Part shown: positions 19,116 to 29,042 of the stretch, piece by piece
Layout: each line of letters opens with the position of its first letter
How positions within the stretch are numbered: position 1 is the stretch's first letter
NCBI GenBank assembly: GCA_947467145.1
Contig: CANIGJ010000010.1
Location: forward strand, 21,396 to 85,395
Direction: 5' to 3'
Origin: Rhodospirillaceae bacterium
GTDB taxonomy: Bacteria; Pseudomonadota; Alphaproteobacteria; Rhodospirillales; UBA2165
DNA length: 64,000 nucleotides
Program-made: the position numbers and the translations under genes
The notes under the pieces: model-generated
Seen by the model: the letters and a program-made list of their open reading frames with translations, nothing else
Told to the model about the DNA's origin: nothing
Database searches by the model: none

Positions 19116-20648
19116 TTATTTCCAAGCGAAGTCGTGCGGATTGACGTAGATCAGGCGCACGTCGGGAACCGTAATCTTCACTTCTTTGGAATGGGTATAG
19201 ACCGCCCGGTTTGGCGCCATGGGGATCGCGTATGCATGGTCGACGGCGTAATCGAAGACTTCGGCCACCTTGCGTCGGCGAGCGGCATCGTCGGTGATGG
19301 TGATAGTCGATTGCGCCATCTTGATCAGGGTCGGGTCGTCGAACTCATCGGTCAGGAAGTGACGGTCGACATGCGGGGCAACGTCGAACATCACGCCGCT
19401 CCAGCCGTAATAGCTCATCTCGATCTTGCCCTGGGCCAGCATTTGACGGCGCTGGGGGATCTGATGTGGCGTCACGACGGCACGGATGCCGACCGCGCGC
19501 AACATGCCGGAAATGGCTGTGGCCTCGGCGACGCCGGTCGGGAAGCAGCTGATGACCAGATCGAAGCCGTTGGCATAACCGGCGTCGGCCAGCAGCTTCT
19601 TCGCACCCGCCGGATCGTATTCAGTCACCGGTTTGGAAAAGCCGCAGCCGAGTTGTTCCTTGAAGCACAGCGCATCGGCCGGATCCGCTTTGCCGATCCC
19701 GCCATAGAGCACCTCGACCAGAGCCTTGCGGTCGATGGCTTTGACGATGGCGGTGCGGACGCGCTCGTCGCCCAACGCCTTCACGCGTTGCGCGCCCAGG
19801 CTCGGAAAGCCGAGAAAGGTGTAGCCGAGCATGGGCGGCGATAGGCTCACTTCGAAACGGCCGCTTTTGACCAAGGCTTCGGCCTGATCGCTCGGCAGGT
19901 CTTCGATGACGTCGGCCTTGCCGGTCAGCAGTGCCGCGACCTGGGTGCCGGGATCGGGAATCGGTTCGGAAATCACCCGGCCGATGGACGCGGCCGGCTT
20001 CACCGAACTCGCGATGTAGCCTTTGTATTTTTCGGCATTCACACCGGTGTTTTTGTCGATCTTCACGACGCGGTAAGGGCCGGTCCCCACCGGCTGCGTG
20101 CCGAACTGTTCCTTGTCGGCCAAGGCTTCGTGGATGTGTTTGGGATAGATCGGCCAACCATAGGCCATGAACATGAGGCCGCCCGGAACCGGTTCCTTGG
20201 CATTGATGCGCAGTTTGAGCGGGCCCAGTTTTTCGACCGATCGTACCCAGGCCCAGGTGGACTTAAAGCGCAGATTGGTTTTGGGATCGATCAGGTAGTT
20301 GAGCGTGTAGACGACGTCGTCCGCGCTGAGCGGCTGGCCGTCGTGAAACTTGATGTCGTCGCGCAGTTCGAATTCATAACTGGTCGGGCTGGTCTGCGCC
20401 CAACTGTTGGCCAGATGGCCGACGAAGGTGCTGGTTTTGGCGTTGAACCCCAGCAACGTGTCGTAGACCGAGGGTGCCCAGGCTTGCGAAAAATTCCCGC
20501 GCACGGCGATCGAATAGACATCCATCGCCCATTGCGATTCGGGCAAGGGAAAGCGGAGCGTGTCGGCGGATTTTTGGGCGTGCGCCGATTGTGCGATGGC
20601 GAAGGGCGCGGCGATCAATGCGATGAGGGTTACGAACGTCCGAAACAT
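19116..20648 (-). CDS. ABC transporter substrate-binding protein, peptide/nickel family (SBP_bac_5), orphan
   Basis: Signal peptide; LRDDIKFHDG; PVGTGPY; DERVRTAI; AKKLLADAGY. Confidence 0.9.
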   Translation of the reverse strand: MFRTFVTLIALIAAPFAIAQSAHAQKSADTLRFPLPESQWAMDVYSIAVRGNFSQAWAPSVYDTLLGFNAKTSTFVGHLANSWAQTSPTSYEFELRDDIKFHDGQPLSADDVVYTLNYLIDPKTNLRFKSTWAWVRSVEKLGPLKLRINAKEPVPGGLMFMAYGWPIYPKHIHEALADKEQFGTQPVGTGPYRVVKIDKNTGVNAEKYKGYIASSVKPAASIGRVISEPIPDPGTQVAALLTGKADVIEDLPSDQAEALVKSGRFEVSLSPPMLGYTFLGFPSLGAQRVKALGDERVRTAIVKAIDRKALVEVLYGGIGKADPADALCFKEQLGCGFSKPVTEYDPAGAKKLLADAGYANGFDLVISCFPTGVAEATAISGMLRAVGIRAVVTPHQIPQRRQMLAQGKIEMSYYGWSGVMFDVAPHVDRHFLTDEFDDPTLIKMAQSTITITDDAARRRKVAEVFDYAVDHAYAIPMAPNRAVYTHSKEVKITVPDVRLIYVNPHDFAWK

Positions 20649-20792
20649 GGCAGCCTCCCGATATGCGCGATTGAACTCGCGGATCGTTATGCGTTTCTGG
20701 ATACGTTACGGAGTCATAGGACCGGTCGACGGCCGATCTTCGTTAAGCATATTAACAATGACCCTGCCCGGGGTCAAAGCGCTCAAATGGCC

Positions 20793-21812
20793 CTACGCCG
20801 TCAGCACGCGGCCGGTCCGGATGGTTTCGTAGAACAGATCGTTGATGCGGATGGCGTGCAGGGCTTCTTCGGCGCTGGTCATCGGCTCAGCCGTGCCCGC
20901 AATGGCGCGGCCGAATTGTTCGACCTCGCGGCGGAAGCATTCGGTCGGCTCGAAGTGACGGATGGTGCGGCCGCCCTTGTTGACCAATTCCAGATAGGTG
21001 CGGGGGTCCTCTTCGGAGCCGGCGAGATAAGCGAAGGGATTGCCGATCATCAGGGAACCGAGTGTGCCGTGGATCTCGATCGGGCGGCGCGCGAAAGGGA
21101 CGCGTCCGCTCGACACCGCATGGCCGATCGCGCCTTTCGAAAATTTCAGCATCATCCCTGCGACGCGTTCGTTTGGCGGATTGTCCTGCGTCGCGTCGGT
21201 CATGGCGACGATCTGCTCGATCTTCTGATCCATGATGTAGGACATCGTGTCGAAGGCGTGATCGCCGAGGCTCATGAGCGTTCCGCCGGAGCGCATCATC
21301 GGATCGCCGCGCCAATTACCGCCGGCGGGCGGGCCGGCACTCACCTGCAAATTCACCTGCACGCGTGCCAAATGAATGTCACCCAGTTCGCCGGCCGCAA
21401 TCATCCGCCGCGCATCCTGGATCGCTCGTTCATGGCGTTGCTGGTAGACGACGCCGAGTTTGACGCCATATTGGCGGCAGGCCTTGATCGCCGCTTCGCC
21501 CTCTGTCGGCGAAATCGCCAGCGGCTTTTCGACGAGCATGTGCTTGCCGGCCTTGGCCGCCGCGATCGTGTTGGCGGCATGGAAGCCGTCCGGGGTGCAG
21601 TCATAGAGCGCGTGGATGTCGGCATCGGCGAGCAGTTCGTGCAAAGTCGTATAGACCTTGGCGAAGCCGTGTTTCTGCGCGAAGGCCTCGCCGCGAGCGC
21701 GGTCGCGGCTCAACACCGCGACCAGCTTGGCGCCATCCGCCTTTTTCATCTGCGGCATGACATTCGTGTCGGCATGCCGCCCCGGGCCGAGCAACGCCCA
21801 TCCGATAGTCAT
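20793..21812 (-). CDS. Gfo/Idh/MocA family oxidoreductase
   Basis: CTPDGFHA, AGKHMLVEKP, GGTLMSLGDH. Confidence 0.9.
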   Translation of the reverse strand: MTIGWALLGPGRHADTNVMPQMKKADGAKLVAVLSRDRARGEAFAQKHGFAKVYTTLHELLADADIHALYDCTPDGFHAANTIAAAKAGKHMLVEKPLAISPTEGEAAIKACRQYGVKLGVVYQQRHERAIQDARRMIAAGELGDIHLARVQVNLQVSAGPPAGGNWRGDPMMRSGGTLMSLGDHAFDTMSYIMDQKIEQIVAMTDATQDNPPNERVAGMMLKFSKGAIGHAVSSGRVPFARRPIEIHGTLGSLMIGNPFAYLAGSEEDPRTYLELVNKGGRTIRHFEPTECFRREVEQFGRAIAGTAEPMTSAEEALHAIRINDLFYETIRTGRVLTA

Positions 21813-21819
21813 GGCCCGA

Positions 21820-22842
21820 CTAGTCCCAGCTCGCGTAGCCCATGCCGCAACCGGTGCCGGCTTCGGAGCGATAGGACGGCACGTAATCGACCATGCTCAT
21901 CTTGCGGCCCGATTCCGACATGATGCCGGCGACCGTGATCCAGTTCTTGGTCTCTGACGTGCCGGAGCGGAACATGTTTTCGGGTTCGGCGAAGATCGTC
22001 TTGGTGTCCAGCGCCTGCATGGCGGCGAGCATGCGATTGTCGAAATCCTCGTCGATGACGAAATGGCTGATGCCGCCCGACGCGCAGACCGCGACCTTCT
22101 TGTTGGCATTCTCGCCGTTCCAATTGGCGATGGCGCGTCCGATCGACTGGCCGAACTTGTAGCAGCGCTGCGCGGTCGGCCGGTTGGGCGGGAAATAGGT
22201 GTTGAGCAGGATCGGGATCACGGGAACCGGTCGATCCTTAAGGATGCGGCGATAGATGAAGCCGACCGCGTGACCGACGCTCACCAACTTGCCGTTCTTG
22301 TGGATCTGTTCCGCCGAGACCGCGACGTCGAACTCGTCTGCCACCGCCTGGTCGATGATGGCGCGCGCGAGGTCGGCCGGCACCGGATAGGTGTGATCGA
22401 CCGGCGGATGTTGGCCCGACTTGGCGATGCGAATGCCCGGCGACTTCTTGGCCAGTTCCTCTTCGGTCATGGCCGCATTCACGACCTGATCAGCGCAATA
22501 GACCGAGAAGGTCGGTTGGACATCTTCCTGGAACCACTCGTGCTGGTCGTCGCCGACCACCACGACGATATCGGGGTTCACCTCGGCCAGTTTCTGGCCC
22601 AGACGATCCATCGCGCGCTGGTTGCGCTCGTGGCGGACCTGGCGGGTCGCCAGCGCCATCTCCTTTTCGAAGTCTTTTTCGCCGCGCCGGGCGTCGACCA
22701 ATTCGCTGAATGAATAACTTTTACCGCGAAACGGGTGATCCGGGTTCTTGCGGTCGTCCGCGGCGCGCAGATCCCAGTTTTCGGCGGGGGTAGACAGAAG
22801 GGGGCCGTGCGAGCAGCCGAACCCATAAACCAATTTAGCCAT
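21820..22842 (-). CDS. Extradiol ring-cleavage dioxygenase, DesZ/LigZ-like (3-O-methylgallate 3,4-dioxygenase family)
   Basis: GCSHGPLL, GDDQHE, HAVGFIYRRI, NTYFPPNRPT, SGGISHFVIDE, GTSETKNWI and DYVPSYRSEAGTG closely follow DesZ as I recall it. Confidence 0.85.
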   Translation of the reverse strand: MAKLVYGFGCSHGPLLSTPAENWDLRAADDRKNPDHPFRGKSYSFSELVDARRGEKDFEKEMALATRQVRHERNQRAMDRLGQKLAEVNPDIVVVVGDDQHEWFQEDVQPTFSVYCADQVVNAAMTEEELAKKSPGIRIAKSGQHPPVDHTYPVPADLARAIIDQAVADEFDVAVSAEQIHKNGKLVSVGHAVGFIYRRILKDRPVPVIPILLNTYFPPNRPTAQRCYKFGQSIGRAIANWNGENANKKVAVCASGGISHFVIDEDFDNRMLAAMQALDTKTIFAEPENMFRSGTSETKNWITVAGIMSESGRKMSMVDYVPSYRSEAGTGCGMGYASWD

Positions 22843-22923
22843 GTGCGATCTCCCCGCCTTAGTCCTTTTGTCCCATTGGATGGGCGATTATAATTCGTTT
22901 CATCGGATAATGGGAGCACCCTC

Positions 22924-23427
22924 ATGGACAGCACGTCGATCAGCAAAAGCATCACCGGCCTCAGCCATAGCGGCTTTTATGTCGATGACCTGGACCGCAC
23001 TATCGAGTTCTATACCAAGGTGCTGGGCGCGAAGCTGGAATGGCGCAACGACAAGTCCACCAATCCGCTGATCAAGATGTATGTCGGCGATTTCGGGCTT
23101 TCGATCATCAAGCGCCCGCCGGACGAGCCGAAACGCGAAATCCCCCATTCGATCCATTGGGCCTATCGCTGCGAATACCAGACGATTGAAGACACCATCA
23201 ATTATATCCGCTCGCTCGGCATCGACGTTGAGGGCCCACAGCCGCATCGCCGCGAGATCGGCATCTGCTCGTGGTTCTTCATGGACCCGGACGATCATCG
23301 CCTGGAGATCGAGTGCAAATATCCGAATAACGAGATGCGCGACGAGATGGTCGAACGCTGCAAGGACACCGTGAATTCACATCTCGGCATGTACGGCGCC
23401 GACGAGAATAAGCGCAAGATGTTCTAA
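22924..23427 (+). CDS. VOC/glyoxalase family protein
   Basis: LSHSGFYVDDL...FYTKVLG, IHWAY, FMDPDDHRLEI (His/His/Glu metal triad). Confidence 0.85.
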   Translation: MDSTSISKSITGLSHSGFYVDDLDRTIEFYTKVLGAKLEWRNDKSTNPLIKMYVGDFGLSIIKRPPDEPKREIPHSIHWAYRCEYQTIEDTINYIRSLGIDVEGPQPHRREIGICSWFFMDPDDHRLEIECKYPNNEMRDEMVERCKDTVNSHLGMYGADENKRKMF

Positions 23428-23454
23428 ATCCGCGCGCTCGCGGTTTGCGATTTC

Positions 23455-23490
23455 AAACCCCATCCTCGCCAGCGCGGGGATGGGTTTTTT
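23455..23490. terminator. Intrinsic terminator between convergent genes
   Basis: CCCATCCTCGC-CAGC-GCGGGGATGGG stem followed by T6. Confidence 0.75.
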
Positions 23491-23509
23491 CATTGTCTAT
23501 TTCTTGAAG

Positions 23510-25042
23510 CTATTTCCAGGCGAATTCGTGCGGATTGACGTTCTCGGCGCGCACGGCGCGCGGATTGATCAGCTGCACATCCTTCGTATGGGTGAAGTGC
23601 GAATAATTGCGGATGATGGCGAAGGCATAGGCATTGTCGGTGATGTGATCGAACACCTTGGCTACCTCCTTGCGACGCAGCGCATCGTCCATGACCGTCG
23701 TGGTCGCCGCCGTCAGTTTGGCTAAGAGCGGATCGTCATATTCCTTGCTGTCGACGTGCCGGCCGAGCTGGCCCGACACTTCCATCATGCCGCCGCCGCT
23801 CCAGCCGTAATAACCGATCTCGATCTTGCCTTGATTGATGAGCTGCACGCGCTGCGCGGTGGGATGCTGGCGCACCGTCGCGCGGATGCCGACCGCGCGT
23901 AGCATGCCGGCAATCGCGGTCGCATCGGGTGCGCTCGCTGGGAAACAGCTGATCACGACATCGAAGCCATCGGCATAACCGGCTTCGGCGAGCAGCTTCT
24001 TCGCGCCGGCAGGATCGTAGGCGGGCATCAGCTTGGTATAGCCGCAGCCCAGCTGTTCCTTGGGGCAGAGTGCCTCGGCCGGACTCTGTCCCGCGCTTTG
24101 CGCACCCAGTTTGATCTTCAGAACGGCCTGACGGTCGATCGCCTTGGCGATGGCGGTACGCACGCGGATGTCGGCCAGCGGTTTGGCGGCTTCCCAGCCC
24201 TTGGACGGAAAACCAATGAACGAATAGCCCAGGCGTTCGACGAGCGTGACATCGAAGCGGCCGCTTTTTTCCAGATCCTCAGCCTGATCGGGCGGTAGAT
24301 CGACGGCGACGTCGGCCTCGCCGGTCAGCAGGGTCGCCGTCAGGGTACCCGTATCTTTGATGGGCGCGGCGATGATGCGGCCCACACCGGCGGCGCGTTT
24401 GACGGGGCTCGGCATATAATCTTTGTAGCGTTCGGCGACGATGCCGGTGTTCTGATCCAACTGGACGACGCGCATGGGGCCGGTGCCGATGGGCTTGGCC
24501 GCGAAATCGAGCTTGTTGGCGGCCGGGCCGTGGGCGTGTTCGGGATACATCGGCGAGCGCGAGGCGAGATACATCAGGCTGTCGGGTGCGGCCTGATGTG
24601 CATGAATGCGGACCTTGCTCGCGGACAGCTTCTCGACCGATTTGATCCAGGCCCAATAGGCCTTAAAGCGCAAATTGACCTTAGGGTCGGTGAGATAGTT
24701 GAGCGTATGGACGACATCGTCGGCATCGAAGGCCTGGCCGTCATGCCATTTCACGTCGGTGCGCAGTTCGAAATCGTAGGTCGTCGGATCGGGCTGCGTG
24801 ACGCCCTTGGCCAGATGGCCGACGAATTGGCCTTTCTCGGCATCAAAGCCGAGTAGCATGTCGTAGACCGACGGCCCCCACACATTGTTGAACGAACTCG
24901 GCAGCAGATAGGTGTCGATGCCGGCATCCGGATCGGGAACGGGGAAGCGCAAGGTGTCCTTGGCCTTTTGCGCGCACGCCGGCGCGGTTGCGCAGCCGAG
25001 TACGAGTACCGCGAGTGCCGCTGCCTTAATCGCTTTCATCAT
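23510..25042 (-). CDS. ABC transporter substrate-binding protein (SBP_bac_5), orphan; paralog of 19116 and 50514
   Basis: Signal peptide; LRTDVKWHDG; PIGTGP; KEQLGCG; ends HEFAWK. Confidence 0.9.
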   Translation of the reverse strand: MMKAIKAAALAVLVLGCATAPACAQKAKDTLRFPVPDPDAGIDTYLLPSSFNNVWGPSVYDMLLGFDAEKGQFVGHLAKGVTQPDPTTYDFELRTDVKWHDGQAFDADDVVHTLNYLTDPKVNLRFKAYWAWIKSVEKLSASKVRIHAHQAAPDSLMYLASRSPMYPEHAHGPAANKLDFAAKPIGTGPMRVVQLDQNTGIVAERYKDYMPSPVKRAAGVGRIIAAPIKDTGTLTATLLTGEADVAVDLPPDQAEDLEKSGRFDVTLVERLGYSFIGFPSKGWEAAKPLADIRVRTAIAKAIDRQAVLKIKLGAQSAGQSPAEALCPKEQLGCGYTKLMPAYDPAGAKKLLAEAGYADGFDVVISCFPASAPDATAIAGMLRAVGIRATVRQHPTAQRVQLINQGKIEIGYYGWSGGGMMEVSGQLGRHVDSKEYDDPLLAKLTAATTTVMDDALRRKEVAKVFDHITDNAYAFAIIRNYSHFTHTKDVQLINPRAVRAENVNPHEFAWK

Positions 25043-25193
25043 ATCCTCCGTTGGTCCCGCTGAGCGGTATAAAGCTAAGCGTCACGCGGGCGCGATGATG
25101 CGCAAAGTGCCGTGTCGCGTAAAGGATTTATGGCGCTTTTTTCCACCCTGCGGTCGTATAATATTGAATGAATTATTCCAGGCAGGAACGCCG

Positions 25194-26480
25194 ATGCTAA
25201 GCCACGAAGAAAACGAACGCCTGACTCGCGTTGGGCCGGGCACGCCGATGGGCAACACCATGCGCCGCTACTGGATGCCGGCATTGCTGTCGTGGGAATT
25301 GCCGGAGCCGGATGGCGCGCCGGTGCGCGTGCGTCTGTTGGGCGAAGATCTGGTCGCGTTCCGCACGACCGACGGCAAGGTCGGTCTCGTCGATGAATTC
25401 TGCGCGCATCGCGGCGTGTCCTTGTGGCTCGGGCGCAATGAGGACAACGGCATCCGCTGTGTGTTCCACGGCTGGAAGTACGATCGCGACGGTCAATGCG
25501 TCGAACAGATGAACGAACAACGCCCATTCTGCAGTAAGGTGAAGATCGCGGGTTATCCGACGGTCGAGATGGCGGGTGTGGTCTGGGCTTATATGGGGCC
25601 GCGCGACAAGCAACCGGCGCCGCCGAACTATGACTGGACGCTTTATAGCCAGCCCAATGTCGCCGTGAATAAGGGCGTGCAGGAATGCAATTGGCTGCAG
25701 GCGCTGGAAGGCGGGATTGATACCTCGCATTTCACGATCCTGCATCGCGCCCTCAAGAAAAATCCGATCCAGTATGCCGTCAGCGTGGATTCACCCGGCA
25801 TGAAGGGCGGCGCGCCGACGATCGAGGTCGAATATACCGATTACGGCTATGCCTATTATGGTGTGCGCCCAATGGCCGATGAATCGCGCTATGTGCGTGG
25901 CTATCATTTCGTCATGCCGTTCACGGCGCTGCGCCCGCCGGGACCCGACAAGCAGCAGGTCCATGGGCATTATTGGGTTCCGATCGACGACGAGAATTGC
26001 ATGGTGTGGAATTTCTATTACAGCTATGGCGGCGAGGATATGTCGACGCGCATCACCGACGGCCATAGCGGCAATTCGTACGGCGACTTCATCGATATCA
26101 ACAATGGCTTCCGTCCGGTGCGCAATCGCACCAACGGCTGGATGATCGATCGTGCCATTCAGAAAACCGAGACCTTCACCGGCATTGAAGGCATCAATCA
26201 GCAAGATCGCGCGGTGCAGGAAAGCATGCGGCCGATCGTCGATCGTACGAAGGAAAATCTCGGTCCCGCCGACAAGGCGATCATCGCGACGCGGCTTTTA
26301 CTGCTAAAGGCAGTCGCTGCGGTGGAGCAGGGCGGCGATCCTGTCGGCATCGCGCCCAGCTATTACGAACTGCGCGCCGCCGAAGGCACTTATCCGAAGA
26401 ATGTCGATTGGCGTGGGGAATTGCTGCCGCGCATGTATCCGAAAAGCAAAAAACAGAAGGCTCCGGAAAGCGCCGCTTAG
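25194..26480 (+). CDS. Rieske non-heme iron oxygenase alpha subunit (phthalate 4,5-dioxygenase/LigXa-like)
   Basis: MLSHEENERLTRVGPGTPMG start; CAHR...CVFHGW; EGGIDTSHFTILH; QDRAVQESM. Confidence 0.9.
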   Translation: MLSHEENERLTRVGPGTPMGNTMRRYWMPALLSWELPEPDGAPVRVRLLGEDLVAFRTTDGKVGLVDEFCAHRGVSLWLGRNEDNGIRCVFHGWKYDRDGQCVEQMNEQRPFCSKVKIAGYPTVEMAGVVWAYMGPRDKQPAPPNYDWTLYSQPNVAVNKGVQECNWLQALEGGIDTSHFTILHRALKKNPIQYAVSVDSPGMKGGAPTIEVEYTDYGYAYYGVRPMADESRYVRGYHFVMPFTALRPPGPDKQQVHGHYWVPIDDENCMVWNFYYSYGGEDMSTRITDGHSGNSYGDFIDINNGFRPVRNRTNGWMIDRAIQKTETFTGIEGINQQDRAVQESMRPIVDRTKENLGPADKAIIATRLLLLKAVAAVEQGGDPVGIAPSYYELRAAEGTYPKNVDWRGELLPRMYPKSKKQKAPESAA

Positions 26481-27691
26481 TCGGCGTGCGTTTCGCTGAG
26501 CCAGCCGGTAACGCCGCGCCCGGCGGCGACGCCGGTCGCCATGCAGCCTTGCAGCAGGTAACCGCCGGTCGGCGCTTCCCAGTCCAGCATTTCGCCCGCG
26601 ACGAACAATCCGGATCGGCGGCGCAACATGAGCCGGCCGTCGATCTCGCCAAGTGCGATGCCGCCCGCAGTGGAAATTGCGCGCGCCAGGCCGAACGGCG
26701 CGGTCAATCGCACGCGCACGCCCTTGATCAATTCCGCCAACGCCGGTGTGTCGCCGGCATGCAGGGCTTCTTGCACGAGGCCGATGGCGACCGGCGGCAG
26801 GTTGGCCTGCTTGCGCAGGTAATTCGACATTGAGGCGCTACCGCGCGGGGCCTCAAGTTTCTTGGCTAAAGCCTCGACCGTTATATCGGGCAAGAGATCG
26901 ATATAGACCCGCGCCTGGCCATGCTGCGCAATCGCCTCGCGGATCGGCGCTGAAAGGGCATAGACCGCACCGCCCTCGATGCCTTGCGCGGTGATCATCG
27001 CTTCGCCCCGCACGGTCTGGCCGGCGAAGGTGAGCGCGATGCGCTTCAATGGCGTGCCGGCGTGCCGACCTTGGAAAACCTCCGACCAGGGGACGATGAA
27101 GCCGCAATTGGCGGGCCGCAACGACGTGATCTCGATATCGGGCAATAAAGCTGGCCAGCTACCGTCCGAGCCCAGACGCGGCCAGGACGCGCCGCCGAGT
27201 GCGAGCACGGTCGCATCAGCCGCAAAGTTCGTGCCGTCGGCAAAGGTGAGTGCGCGGTCGGCGTTCCATCCGGTCCATTGTGCGCGCGTGACGATCCGCA
27301 CACGCAGTTCGTTCAGACGCGCCAGCCAGGCGCGCAGCAATGGGCTTGCTTTCATAGCCTTCGGGAACACGCGCCCGCTGGTGCCGACGAAGGTCGGTTG
27401 ACCCAGTTCTTCGCACCAGGCGATCAGAGCCTGTGGGGGAAACGCGTGCAGCAGGGGACCCAGCCAATCGGCCGCCGCGCCGTAACGCGCCGTGAAGCGC
27501 TCGATCGGTTCGGAGTGGGTGAGATTCAATCCGCCTCGTCCCGCCATCAGCAACTTGCGCCCGATGCTGGGCATGCGTTCAAAGATCGTAACGGCAGCCC
27601 CAGCGCGCGCGATGACCTCGGCCGCCATCAATCCGGCGGGGCCGCCGCCGATGATGGCGACGCGGCGATTACTGAGATCGATGCTGGTCAT
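26477..27691 (-). CDS. HI0933/BaiN-like flavoprotein (TIGR03862 type)
   Basis: GGGPAGL, GRKLLMAGRGGLNLTH, GRVFP, AISTAGG, GEMLDWEAPTGGYLLQ. Confidence 0.9.
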   Translation of the reverse strand: MTSIDLSNRRVAIIGGGPAGLMAAEVIARAGAAVTIFERMPSIGRKLLMAGRGGLNLTHSEPIERFTARYGAAADWLGPLLHAFPPQALIAWCEELGQPTFVGTSGRVFPKAMKASPLLRAWLARLNELRVRIVTRAQWTGWNADRALTFADGTNFAADATVLALGGASWPRLGSDGSWPALLPDIEITSLRPANCGFIVPWSEVFQGRHAGTPLKRIALTFAGQTVRGEAMITAQGIEGGAVYALSAPIREAIAQHGQARVYIDLLPDITVEALAKKLEAPRGSASMSNYLRKQANLPPVAIGLVQEALHAGDTPALAELIKGVRVRLTAPFGLARAISTAGGIALGEIDGRLMLRRRSGLFVAGEMLDWEAPTGGYLLQGCMATGVAAGRGVTGWLSETHAD

Positions 27692-27747
27692 CGCCCCTTA
27701 TGCGCAGATCGGCGGCCAAATCACTAGCCTGATCGCTGGCGGCGGTG

Positions 27748-28752
27748 CTAGGCGGCGCCGCGCGCACGATGTTCCTGGAAGATGCGATCGTAGGTCTGGC
27801 CACGGGCGTAAAATTCCTTCGCTACGGGCCGCCCGTCGGGCACGTTCAACCACAAACGCAGCAAGAGGCGCTTGTGATTGGCGTCGTTCTCGAACTCGGT
27901 GCGCGAATGCAGATTGAGGAAATTGTGCCAGAGCAGGAACTCGCCGGGTTCTAGCATGAAGCGCAGCGCCAGATCGTCGCGTTGCGCGGTCTTGGCCATG
28001 AAGGCCAGGGCTTCCCGCAAATTGCCGGGCAAGTCGACGCCCATTTTTGCCGCGGCGTCGTGCATGAAGCGGCCGGAATAGATGCAGCTCACCTTGTTAT
28101 CGACATAGCAATAGACCGGGATGCGTTCGTCGGTCACCTGTTTGCTGCTGAGTTGAGCTTCCGATAGGGCCATGTGGAAGCCGCCATAGAGCGCTTCCAG
28201 ATATTCGGGATGGGTTTTGACGATCTCGTTGTGCAAGGCGAGCGAACTGACCAGCGCGCTCTGGCCACCCGAGGCACCCTGGCGGATGCACATCAAGCCG
28301 ACCATCTCGTATGCGTCGGTATGCATATGCAATTCGGATGAGGAGCGGTAGCCGCGTGACACGGTGTTGCTGTCGTCCTGTTCGACCCGTCCCAGGCGAT
28401 CGCCGGTATGGCTCTGCACGGCGGCAATGCCCAGATGGGTGCCGATGCCCCAATAGATGCGTTCGAGGTCCTCGGGCGCATAACGGGCGGGGTAGAGGCC
28501 GGACACCAGGATAATGCCGCGCCCCTCCATCACAACCTGGCGTAATTCGCTGATTAGAGCGGCAACGGCCGGATGGTCGAAATCGGATTGGGTGACGGCC
28601 TGCGGGGCCAGATGACGCGTCCGGTTGAGCAATGTATCGAACGCTTGGATTTCGTCCTTCGTTAGGGCGCGTGTGATGGTCGCCTTGCCACCGAGAGCAG
28701 CGCTGGTCCAGGCGCTCGGATGCGTGATCAGGTCGCGGTAAATGCTTGTCAT
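27748..28752 (-). CDS. TauD/TfdA family Fe(II)/2-oxoglutarate dioxygenase
   Basis: HTD (HxD) motif, distal HSR, RLLLRLWL. Confidence 0.85.
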   Translation of the reverse strand: MTSIYRDLITHPSAWTSAALGGKATITRALTKDEIQAFDTLLNRTRHLAPQAVTQSDFDHPAVAALISELRQVVMEGRGIILVSGLYPARYAPEDLERIYWGIGTHLGIAAVQSHTGDRLGRVEQDDSNTVSRGYRSSSELHMHTDAYEMVGLMCIRQGASGGQSALVSSLALHNEIVKTHPEYLEALYGGFHMALSEAQLSSKQVTDERIPVYCYVDNKVSCIYSGRFMHDAAAKMGVDLPGNLREALAFMAKTAQRDDLALRFMLEPGEFLLWHNFLNLHSRTEFENDANHKRLLLRLWLNVPDGRPVAKEFYARGQTYDRIFQEHRARGAA

Positions 28753-29042
28753 GCGGTTCTCCCGGATGCATCCGAAGTAGCGGCGTGGGGTGCACCGGTC
28801 AACCTCCGTTTCCGCTCACCGCCGATTATTCCGCAGACCAAAAAGACGTCGCGAATCCGCGAAAAATTCATCATCAGAGCGCGATTTTGCGTGACCTACC
28901 CGGTCCGCAACGGTTCAATGCACCCACTCAAAGGAATCTGAAGCGGGCCCGGGGGTTATGGGTCGGCCACAGCAAACTGTTTGAACGACAGCGCCGGGGG
29001 GCAACAGGCTGCTCAGGCGAGGAAAAACTAGGAGAAACAAAT

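Noticed and set aside
20742-20756. GTTAA-N5-TTAAC as a CtrA box
   Set aside because: CtrA needs TTAA-N7-TTAA; this short palindrome could be another operator or chance.
20130-21923. 597-aa plus-strand ORF and other long antisense ORFs (e.g. 9430..10848, 15422..16951, 35945..37519, 48685..50184, 58777..60210)
   Set aside because: Shadow ORFs opposite well-supported genes, expected in high-GC DNA; no recognisable motifs.
24912-25193. Apparent N-terminal extensions on the Rieske gene (and on ORFs at 10439, 28746, 30722, 60889)
   Set aside because: Family-typical N-termini lie downstream, usually with an RBS; several extensions overlap neighbouring genes.
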